The position numbers were made by a program, and so were the translations under genes. A DNA stretch of 40,295 nt, from positions 1 to 40,295 of the IMG/VR virus record IMGVR_UViG_3300032212_000054; one strand, written 5' to 3'. The notes below the pieces were generated by a model. That model was not told the DNA's origin, did not search any database, and saw only the letters and a program-made list of their open reading frames with translations. This DNA is from a virus. Lineage: Duplodnaviria > Caudoviricetes. Each line of letters begins with the position of its first letter. Position 1 is the stretch's first letter. Shown in pieces: positions 28,011-34,908 of this stretch.

Positions 28011-28348
28011 TTATCTTGGCGCACATCAACATGAGTCCAACTACTATAAGCTTTTAACCCATATTTATTGGGAGCATAACCATCGACAAATTTATAAACC
28101 TCTTTAGGTGATACGCCTTTTACTTTAATATCTGCCGCAATACCTTCTAAATGCTTAGACCTGAAAAATCCCCCAACAGCCGTGTTATGTAATCGACAAC
28201 GACAGCCTGACGTTATCGTAACTGGAGCATCAAAACGCGCTCTAATCAATTCTAGAAGCTCTAACAACTCTATATCAACAGTAGAGAATCCGCAATTATT
28301 GCACTTACAGCGCATTTCTCGCCTGCTAAAGTTCTCTGATAATTTCAA
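27998..28348 (-). CDS. Endolysin, peptidase M15 (Zn) family
   Basis: ENFSRREMRCKC, ITSGCRC..HN..VGG...SKHLEGIAADI, WTHVDVR. Probable TTG start at 28348 after GGTGG RBS (track start 28381). Confidence 0.88.
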   Translation of the reverse strand: MKLSENFSRREMRCKCNNCGFSTVDIELLELLELIRARFDAPVTITSGCRCRLHNTAVGGFFRSKHLEGIAADIKVKGVSPKEVYKFVDGYAPNKYGLKAYSSWTHVDVRQDKWRG

Positions 28349-28373
28349 ACTAAACCACCAAGTGATACATAGA

Positions 28374-28718
28374 TTAAGCACCTAAACGCATAAATGGCAC
28401 GTCATCATTAAAGTTCATGTTAGCAGGCGGCTGTTGCGGCGCTTGCTGTCTTGGCGCTTGTTGTTGATTGCCTTGGCGTTGCTGGTGCGGCGAGTTGTCA
28501 TTGTCGTTTTCAAAAATTGAAGCGATAACGCTACTCTTTAGCGGCTTACCTAAATTATAAAGTTCAACGTTTTGCTGGGCCATTAGGCCAGATAAACTTA
28601 CGTTCGGGTCTAAAAGCACAAACTCACCGTTTTCATTAGACATAATTACGCCTACTTTTTTATAGATACCTTTACCGTCTTGCTTTGTACCTGTCTTAAC
28701 TACTATATTTTTACTCAT
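28374..28718 (-). CDS. Single-stranded DNA-binding-like protein
   Basis: Small beta domain, Gln/Pro linker and FNDDVPF acidic tip; located in the recombination operon. Confidence 0.65.
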   Translation of the reverse strand: MSKNIVVKTGTKQDGKGIYKKVGVIMSNENGEFVLLDPNVSLSGLMAQQNVELYNLGKPLKSSVIASIFENDNDNSPHQQRQGNQQQAPRQQAPQQPPANMNFNDDVPFMRLGA

Positions 28719-28738
28719 TTTATACTCCTATTTAATTA

Positions 28739-28831
28739 TTAACCGGAACCGTAACCGGAACCGTCACCGGAACCGTCACCGGAACCGGAACCGTAACCTT
28801 TCCAATTTTCTCTTATTGAATCAGCTTTCAT
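28739..28831 (-). CDS. 30-aa Gly-X repeat peptide MKADSIRENWKGYGSGSGDGSGDGSGYGSG
   Basis: Read manually; start overlaps the 3' end of the upstream gene; encoded by GGTNNC hexamer repeats. Confidence 0.65.
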   Translation of the reverse strand: MKADSIRENWKGYGSGSGDGSGDGSGYGSG

Positions 28832-29207
28832 TGGGTTTATGCTCTTTAATTGATTTCATAGCAACATCACTACACACAGTTATTGAATAATCCTCTACTA
28901 TGTATTTTTCTGGAACAGCAACAGATACCTTTGAATCTGAATGTAAACCACTAACAGCAACACCTTTATACCAAGCAGTTTTTGAATCTTTAGGCTTGTG
29001 ATACCAGATTCTTATCGCATCTTTAAGTATACACCCATCACTACCAGCGATGGATAAAATACCTGCATTAATACCTTCATTCCTACTCCTGACGATCACA
29101 TACTTACCGATAGCTGATGAAAATATATTTTGCGCCTCGGCTGTTTGCTGACCAAATAAACCGTTTAATTCTTTTACTTGTCTTAATGTCAAATCATCTA
29201 TATTCAT
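28821..29207 (-). CDS. Conserved phage beta-barrel protein (DUF6948-like)
   Basis: IGKYVIVRS...G..AG......ILKDAIRIWY motif; AAGGA RBS. Confidence 0.65.
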   Translation of the reverse strand: MNIDDLTLRQVKELNGLFGQQTAEAQNIFSSAIGKYVIVRSRNEGINAGILSIAGSDGCILKDAIRIWYHKPKDSKTAWYKGVAVSGLHSDSKVSVAVPEKYIVEDYSITVCSDVAMKSIKEHKPNES

Positions 29208-29325
29208 AACTATTTTCCTTTATTTAAAATTAAATTCTAACACTCAACAACTTACACGTATACATAACCAGCAAACAATCCGACTGATAACCCTAGCCAT
29301 ATTGTCAATTTAATAGTTTCTTTTT

Positions 29326-29664
29326 TCATAGCCCTATGCACTCCCCGTTGATAATTTGTTTAATATGTTCGTTACAGCAAGCGATACCACATAATCCTCC
29401 TTTTTCTTTGCAATCGTTTAACCTTTTTAACTGATCTTCTGACGCGCCGTAATCTTTGCTTGACCATGCTTTTTCGTCCTTAAATTCAATTAAAACTATC
29501 CTACCCTCTTGGTTATAGCCCGTAGCATCTGACCAGCCTTTTTTACAAAGCTGCATCCAACCACCGCGAACCTTAACCTTACCTGCATTTGTTCTGGTTA
29601 TTTCAATACCTAAACTTTCAGCATAAGCTATACCTTCCGCTTGTATTTGATTTTCACTTTTCAA
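29326..29664 (-). CDS. VRR-NUC / PD-(D/E)xK nuclease
   Basis: SENQIQ, GWSDATG, LIEFK and Q motif. Confidence 0.75.
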   Translation of the reverse strand: MKSENQIQAEGIAYAESLGIEITRTNAGKVKVRGGWMQLCKKGWSDATGYNQEGRIVLIEFKDEKAWSSKDYGASEDQLKRLNDCKEKGGLCGIACCNEHIKQIINGECIGL

Positions 29665-29926
29665 TTAACAAACCTTTTTCAATTAATTTCATTTGCGTTT
29701 CTTGCAACGCTCTAAGCTGGTCTTGATAATCAACCTTTGATGTGTCCAGTAGTTGATGGCACCAATAACAACCGTAAACACCAAATATGTCAGGCGACTT
29801 AATGCCAACGCCGCGATAATTAGAATTAAGATGGCATAACACAACCGTTTCACCATCTTGGCAATTATGCGATACGCGCAAGCTGCATGACTCACCTCTA
29901 GCTGACTTAGTTATCTTACTGACCAT
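29654..29926 (-). CDS. DUF1364/YbcO-like zinc-binding nuclease-fold protein
   Basis: SARGESC...C...ETVVLCH...G.G.KS.D..GVYGC..CH motif. Confidence 0.8.
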   Translation of the reverse strand: MVSKITKSARGESCSLRVSHNCQDGETVVLCHLNSNYRGVGIKSPDIFGVYGCYWCHQLLDTSKVDYQDQLRALQETQMKLIEKGLLIEK

Positions 29927-30807
29927 ATCACGCTATCTTTTTTACGGTAATCATCAAGGTTGACGTCAGATACGCCTGGTACTTTCTTGTAATCAATAGC
30001 GCCTTTTCTTACTGATTTAAAGGCCATCACGCCATTACCTGAGCATTTTTTATCGTGCTTTTTGGCCAGCTCTAACAGTTCTTTTTTGTGCTCGTTCATC
30101 AACTCGGTTGCCAGTTCCACTTCTAATTTAGCTCTCTTGTACTTTTCAGTAGCAACAAACCAGCTCATGTCTTTTGTTAAATCAATCTCTTTATCTTCAA
30201 GGTACGGCGCTGATAATTTTTCATCTTCGACAATCTCTAAATAATGATCGTAAAAACCCCTAAGCTTCTCTAGGTTATCATCGAACCATTTTTTTGCATT
30301 GATAAAGTAAACACGCTCACAGCTTATTTTATCATCGGTCCACACGTAAAAGTCACACCAGATACGCCCAGTACAAACAAGCTGTAAATATACTTGATAT
30401 AGATACATCGGTTTTTCATCTAGAGTGTAAGGTTTTTTTGTATAGTAAGGGCATTTAACCTCTATCATGCCATCTTTACCTATAAGTCCGTCTGGCGTAC
30501 ATCCTATCCAGTCGTGCTCCCTATGAATTACAAAGTCTGGATCTTCCTCAACCTCACAACCATACGTTTTTTTATATTCTGCAATTGCTACAGGTTCATA
30601 CTTCTGACCATGCTCAGTGGCCTCGTTACCTTTGAATTCTCTTTCAGCCTTATGGTATTGGCGGACCAATACACGCATTTGGTCATCAGCAGACTGATAA
30701 GGATTAACGCCAAGTATCGCACCAACAGCGCTGGCAGTTATTCTGTCAGCTCGCTTTTCACTTAATACACCCATCTTAATACAACTTATTAGCTTGCAAG
30801 AAATCAA
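29911..30807 (-). CDS. YqaJ / lambda-exonuclease family recombination nuclease
   Basis: RITAS...ILG.NPY, HG..YE, CTPDG, IEVKCP, Q..LQL. Likely start is 30774. Confidence 0.9.
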   Translation of the reverse strand: MISCKLISCIKMGVLSEKRADRITASAVGAILGVNPYQSADDQMRVLVRQYHKAEREFKGNEATEHGQKYEPVAIAEYKKTYGCEVEEDPDFVIHREHDWIGCTPDGLIGKDGMIEVKCPYYTKKPYTLDEKPMYLYQVYLQLVCTGRIWCDFYVWTDDKISCERVYFINAKKWFDDNLEKLRGFYDHYLEIVEDEKLSAPYLEDKEIDLTKDMSWFVATEKYKRAKLEVELATELMNEHKKELLELAKKHDKKCSGNGVMAFKSVRKGAIDYKKVPGVSDVNLDDYRKKDSVIWSVR

Positions 30808-31321
30808 TACAAGACTGTATATCTTGCACCTCGTTTAAAGATTTTAGCGCTGGGGTAAATGTAGTCAAAACCTGTTCCTCACGCCATCCACAATCATCAA
30901 TAGCTTTTCTTAGGTCTTTTATAGTCAAGCCCTTCTTTGAATTATCCATTGAATCAGCGTCCTTCGTATCGTCAATTAAAAACAAGCCGTTTAACGCGTA
31001 CTTTCTGGCATAACTCGAAGCAGTACCAGTTATTTGCGAATCATCCATACCTTTCTTGGTCAAAGACTCCCTAGCAAATGCTGAATTACTAATAGTGTCT
31101 ACGCCGTCTGTAACGCTCGCTGTTGCCTTTATGTAAATTCTTTCGCCAACCATTACAACATCATCACAAATCGTCACCACAAGCCCGTCAAGAACTAATT
31201 TAAGTCCTTCCAAGATATCCTCACAAGAACGATAGTTATATTTTCCGAACTTGTTAAATTGACCTTTAGGCGCTTTTAAATCAACCTGTACTTTAGCCAG
31301 TCTTTTAATTAACTTTTCCAT
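30776..31321 (-). CDS. erf: Erf-family ssDNA annealing protein
   Basis: KAPK...N.FGKYNYRSCEDI and SQITG..SSYARKYALNGLF motifs. Confidence 0.9.
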   Translation of the reverse strand: MEKLIKRLAKVQVDLKAPKGQFNKFGKYNYRSCEDILEGLKLVLDGLVVTICDDVVMVGERIYIKATASVTDGVDTISNSAFARESLTKKGMDDSQITGTASSYARKYALNGLFLIDDTKDADSMDNSKKGLTIKDLRKAIDDCGWREEQVLTTFTPALKSLNEVQDIQSCIDFLQANKLY

Positions 31322-31518
31322 TATTCCACTCCATTATCTGTTAACGCATCAAGTTTAGCGTCATGCTCATAAGCGCAAGCTTCACATAAGCCATCGTCAT
31401 TTATATCTGCTATATCGAACTGGTCCAAACAGCCTTCGCATAAATCTATATCATCCCAATTAATCATCGTCATTCTCCTTTCTTTCTTCGTAACATTCGT
31501 CACAAGCATCACCATCAT
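31321..31518 (-). CDS. Small CxxC...CxxC protein
   Basis: CEGC...CEAC. True start is probably near 31473. Confidence 0.6.
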   Translation of the reverse strand: MMVMLVTNVTKKERRMTMINWDDIDLCEGCLDQFDIADINDDGLCEACAYEHDAKLDALTDNGVE

Positions 31519-31645
31519 CTTCTGTTATTTGTTCACCACACTCTAAGCAATGGTAAACCTCCACTTCATTCCAAGGCGCGTTTGGGTGGTTCGCGCAGTC
31601 GTCAGTGATATTAAACATAATCTTTTTTCGCCTTCTTGATAGCAT
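31460..31645 (-). CDS. Small CxxC...CxxC protein
   Basis: PNAPWNE...CLEC...CDEC. Probable start is 31618. Confidence 0.6.
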   Translation of the reverse strand: MLSRRRKKIMFNITDDCANHPNAPWNEVEVYHCLECGEQITEDDGDACDECYEERKENDDD

Positions 31646-31787
31646 CTAGCATTATATGGATAAGCCCTTTAACCTGACTTACACTGTCAAACTTGTGTTC
31701 TTCGATATCTGCTAACACTTCTAGTAAAATGTCTTCACGGCCTTCAATGTAAGCAACAGAGAAAGCATCCTCCTTCTTGTTAATCAT
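31611..31787 (-). CDS. 58-aa hypothetical protein
   Basis: Read manually (MINKKEDAFSVAYIEGRE...); AGGAG RBS; coupled overlaps. Confidence 0.6.
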   Translation of the reverse strand: MINKKEDAFSVAYIEGREDILLEVLADIEEHKFDSVSQVKGLIHIMLDAIKKAKKDYV

Positions 31788-31920
31788 TAAAATTTAACTC
31801 CTGGGCTTCACTGTTTGCGGCTTTTTCTTTTTCTATTTCTTCCAAAGTACGACTATATTCATAGGAACCTTTCGGGACTTCTGCCAAGTATTCTTCCAGT
31901 AATTGTATATATGCGCTCAT
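31780..31920 (-). CDS. 46-aa hypothetical protein, first gene of leftward operon
   Basis: Read manually (MSAYIQLLEEYLAEV...); AAGGA RBS. Confidence 0.6.
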   Translation of the reverse strand: MSAYIQLLEEYLAEVPKGSYEYSRTLEEIEKEKAANSEAQELNFND

Positions 31921-31951
31921 TGTTATTTCCTTTTGTCTGAATCTGTAATTA

Positions 31952-31980
31952 ACAATAATACACTATTTAACTTATGTCAA
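31952..31980 (-). promoter_or_regulatory. Leftward sigma70-type promoter
   Basis: TTGACA (31980-31975), 17-bp spacer, TATTGT (31957-31952). Confidence 0.7.
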
Positions 31981-31987
31981 ACAAATA

Positions 31988-32016
31988 TTGACTTTATTTT
32001 AAGGCGAGTGTACAAT
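31988..32016 (+). promoter_or_regulatory. Rightward sigma70-type promoter
   Basis: TTGACT (31988-31993), 17-bp spacer, TACAAT (32011-32016). Confidence 0.75.
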
Positions 32017-32046
32017 TATCGAAACTAACATAAGGAAACAGCAAGC

Positions 32047-32241
32047 ATGAAAATAAAAGAAGTGATTAAAATAGCTATGGCCAAGAATGATATTGATGGT
32101 GTTATGGCTTTAGTAGATAAAACAGGTTTGAGCTATGACATAGTTAACAGAGCGTTAAAAGGTGATAACTCAATTAAGCTAAAGCATGTATTAGAAATAT
32201 TAAATTCTATGGGGTACGAACTAAAGGCGGTGTCAAAATGA
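32047..32241 (+). CDS. Cro/XRE-like HTH regulator
   Basis: LVDKTGLSYDIVNRALKG HTH-like segment; first gene after the promoter; TAAGGA RBS. Confidence 0.8.
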   Translation: MKIKEVIKIAMAKNDIDGVMALVDKTGLSYDIVNRALKGDNSIKLKHVLEILNSMGYELKAVSK

Positions 32242-32372
32242 AACTAGCAACAAGAAGGAAAGTAGGGAACGCAATATTCCAAATAGGGCTATTGGCATCG
32301 ACTTGCCTTGGAATGGTTGCAATTTACTATTCTGGCGTGTTTGTTTATTATTTACTAAGTGGCCTGTTGTGA
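32238..32372 (+). CDS. 44-aa membrane peptide
   Basis: Read manually; ATGA overlap with the HTH gene; hydrophobic. Confidence 0.55.
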   Translation: MKLATRRKVGNAIFQIGLLASTCLGMVAIYYSGVFVYYLLSGLL

Positions 32373-32572
32373 AATCTAAATTCCACTGGCGATACTTAAA
32401 AGCTTCGGCAGACGTGCAGCATCCTTGTAAAGACTGCAGTAGGAAAATAGAGCGTAAAGAGCCGCGCTACAAGGTAGGTAAAAACTATCATTGCGTAGCG
32501 TGTTCAATTAAACAAGATCCGGACCTGGTGGGTCTGGCGGAATCGGCGGCATCTTGTTTGCCGGAGCGATAA
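32369..32572 (+). CDS. Zinc-finger protein (CKDC...CVAC)
   Basis: In frame with track ORF 32303-32572; GTGA overlap start. Confidence 0.55.
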   Translation: MKSKFHWRYLKASADVQHPCKDCSRKIERKEPRYKVGKNYHCVACSIKQDPDLVGLAESAASCLPER

Positions 32573-32653
32573 CCATAACAACCTCTTAATTAGAATAGTT
32601 ACTCTAATATTGGTTAAATTTTAAGCAAACTTCAATAAAGAAAGGAAAATGAA

Positions 32654-32800
32654 ATGTTTTATGTGTTAGTTGTATTTGCAATAGCGAACTTAATAGGTTT
32701 AGTTCTTGTTACTAAAGTTTGGCCTGTGAACTTAATGGCCTTTATTGTTTGTTCTTTGGTCGCTTATCAAACTTACAAGATAGAAAAGGATAAATCATGA
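32654..32800 (+). CDS. 48-aa two-helix membrane peptide
   Basis: Read manually; AAGGA RBS; ATGA overlap. Confidence 0.5.
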   Translation: MFYVLVVFAIANLIGLVLVTKVWPVNLMAFIVCSLVAYQTYKIEKDKS

Positions 32801-32994
32801 GTGAAGAAATGAAACTACTATACGCGTTATGTGATGCGCTTGGTTTTCAGGTTTTAGTTGAAGTTAAGTCCGTTACAAAAAGAAAGCTTATTGATGTATT
32901 GGATCGAGATTCATTATTTGAGCAATGGTCAAAGCAATTTACAGACATTGAAGTGCGAGAAAAGTCTTACAAACTAATTAAAAAAGAGGGTTAG
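32797..32994 (+). CDS. Hypothetical protein
   Basis: 65-aa ORF with RBS. Confidence 0.65.
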   Translation: MSEEMKLLYALCDALGFQVLVEVKSVTKRKLIDVLDRDSLFEQWSKQFTDIEVREKSYKLIKKEG

Positions 32995-32997
32995 ATT

Positions 32998-33174
32998 ATG
33001 AGAACACTATTAATAATTATTATAGATATAGCGTTATTGTATTTCGTGTATCTGGAAACGGGTATTGCAACTACGCTAGCATTAACTTTGGTCATGGTTG
33101 ATATTTATCATCACAACTTGGCGTTAGTAAATAATCTTAAACTATTAAAAATGATAACAGGTAGCAAGCTATGA
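32998..33174 (+). CDS. 58-aa membrane peptide
   Basis: Read manually; GAGGG RBS; hydrophobic. Confidence 0.5.
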   Translation: MRTLLIIIIDIALLYFVYLETGIATTLALTLVMVDIYHHNLALVNNLKLLKMITGSKL

Positions 33175-33339
33175 CTAAGCTACCAGAACGCAACAAGATA
33201 GACTCTTTAATTTACACGACAGAAAGTCATAACCCTTGGCTACCAAGCAATTTAGTAACGCATAGAGAGTCTACATTTTTAACGCCTACTGAGTGCGTCA
33301 ATGTAATTACGGTAGATGCTATTATATTTAAAATAATGT

Positions 33340-33594
33340 ATGGAGAGTAATATGAAGTTTGAAATAACATTAGAGTTATTGGAAGAAATGGCAGAGTGTA
33401 TACATAATTGCAGTTGGTCTAGTAGTGATGAAATATACGATTACATGAAAAGTTGTGTTACTGGTTCAGAAAGTTACGATCCAGATGATTACATAAAAAC
33501 CAATATGAATACAACAACGATTGAAATTAGAGACCCAAAAGAAGTAATTGATAATGACCTTTTAAATATTATAAAGAGGAATACTTGCAAATAA
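33340..33594 (+). CDS. Hypothetical acidic protein
   Basis: 84-aa ORF; probable start at MKFEI after GGAG. Confidence 0.65.
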   Translation: MESNMKFEITLELLEEMAECIHNCSWSSSDEIYDYMKSCVTGSESYDPDDYIKTNMNTTTIEIRDPKEVIDNDLLNIIKRNTCK

Positions 33595-33821
33595 TAAAGG
33601 AGAGCAAGATGGAAGATGTGATAACTCTAGGCGATAATTTTGAGCCACCTGTTGTTTGTTCTGATACAGCAAAAGAGATTTATAATTGTGTGCGAACAGA
33701 GGAATTTGATATAGCCAAGTTTAATTCATTGTTATTCGCCATTGTTACTTATCTAGATATTCATGATGTTGAGTATGGCGATAAGGCATTGCCGTGGGCT
33801 GAACTAGTTAAAGGAGCTTAA
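33585..33821 (+). CDS. Hypothetical protein
   Basis: Probable ATG 33609 after AAGGAG. Confidence 0.6.
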   Translation: MQIIKESKMEDVITLGDNFEPPVVCSDTAKEIYNCVRTEEFDIAKFNSLLFAIVTYLDIHDVEYGDKALPWAELVKGA

Positions 33822-33853
33822 AAAAATACCTAACTATTGGCGTAGTTAGGTAT
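33820..33853 (-). terminator. Rho-independent terminator (minus strand)
   Basis: Perfect 11-bp inverted repeat ATACCTAACTA/TAGTTAGGTAT with an A run on + (T run on -). Confidence 0.7.
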
Positions 33854-33889
33854 AAGGGTATCAGTGTATGAATTTATATTATAACACAC

Positions 33890-33999
33890 TTGCAAATAAC
33901 AAGGCTATTAAATAAACTGTAGCTTACCTGTCGTGGTTGGATTCATTACCCAAGCGACATAAAACCCGAGAAAGCCGCCCTACCTTATGCGGCTTTTTT
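33890..33999 (+). ncRNA. Candidate ~75-nt small RNA with own promoter and terminator
   Basis: TTGCAA-18-TAAACT promoter; TGTCG/CGACA plus TTGG/CCAA stem; AAAGCCGC/GCGGCTTT terminator with T run; no ORF. Confidence 0.5.
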
Positions 34000-34014
34000 G
34001 TGCCTTAAATAAAG

Positions 34015-34152
34015 TTGCAAATAATAAGGTTGTTTAATATACTATAAGGGCATTACGGCTGTGGCGGCCTGATATGTAGATAAGGTTTTGTAGAGTTTTC
34101 TGAGGTGGCTAGCCCACCTATCGCCACCAGAGGATTCTACAAAGCCTTTTTT
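34015..34152 (+). promoter_or_regulatory. Promoter plus structured leader / attenuator
   Basis: TTGCAA-17-TATACT; 21-bp stem 34082-34102/34128-34148 with four G-U pairs, then a T run. Confidence 0.6.
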
Positions 34153-34459
34153 ATTACCTCAAGTTTGTCATTTCTCTTAATGCCGATATCTACGGCATAC
34201 ATCGTAAAAGTACCGTTCAGCATAAACGCAAGTTTTGTAAACAATAGTTTTATACAATAAACAGACTCCATGACGGTCTAAACAGCGTTACAAAGAAATA
34301 AGTTCCATATAGCTTCAAATGTGGAAGGGGCTAGAATACCAACTAGTAAACAAATAGGTTGCTGATATCGTTTGTTGTATTCGTGTAAGAACAAGATTTA
34401 TTAATAAAGGGTTTCTTTATAATAGTCATAGAGGCCTTATTGCCTAAAGGTTTATAAAT

Positions 34460-34693
34460 ATGAAAACAGAGAAACAACTAATGGGTTGGAACAACAGATT
34501 AAACAAGGATAATTTCAAAATGGAAGAAAAGATAAAAAGATTAAATAAAAAACTCCCTTGGGTGGCTAATGATTTAAACATGGTTTGGTCAATGAAAGAC
34601 AAGATCAAACAATACAAAAGAAATATCTTACTCAACCAACAACAAGTTAGGTTTAATTTAATGGCGCTATCACTTGGCAGCTTCGATAAATAG
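34460..34693 (+). CDS. Hypothetical basic protein
   Basis: 77-aa ORF, AAGG RBS. Confidence 0.6.
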   Translation: MKTEKQLMGWNNRLNKDNFKMEEKIKRLNKKLPWVANDLNMVWSMKDKIKQYKRNILLNQQQVRFNLMALSLGSFDK

Positions 34694-34708
34694 AAAGAGA
34701 AAAACAAG

Positions 34709-34801
34709 ATGAAGACACCAATAAAGTGGGTAATACTAGAAGCTATAGCACAATTAATTGCTTTAGCTATATTAGCATTAGTGGCGATACTTATTTTTTA
34801 A
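34709..34801 (+). CDS. 30-aa single-TM peptide
   Basis: Read manually: MKTPIKWVILEAIATLIALAILALVAILIF. Confidence 0.45.
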   Translation: MKTPIKWVILEAIAQLIALAILALVAILIF

Positions 34802-34908
34802 CTCACTTACAAACAAAGAGTAATAAAAGCGCCTAAACCTATAACTATTTATTCTTTCACATACGAACTAATAAATACTAAAGTTAATGCGTAATTAAGG
34901 AAAAGGAA

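Noticed and set aside
33974-34086. sRNA GCCGCC/ACCTTAT pairing with leader GGCGGC/ATAAGGT
   Set aside because: The matches are only 6-7 nt and lie in parallel rather than antiparallel order, so they cannot form one duplex.
33822-34459. tRNA gene in the non-coding region
   Set aside because: No cloverleaf or T-arm GTTCRA consensus was found by eye; the hairpins fit terminators and leaders.
34709-34801. Type I toxin-antitoxin pair with the nearby small RNAs
   Set aside because: The peptide is toxin-like in size, but I found no extended complementarity between its leader and the candidate RNAs.
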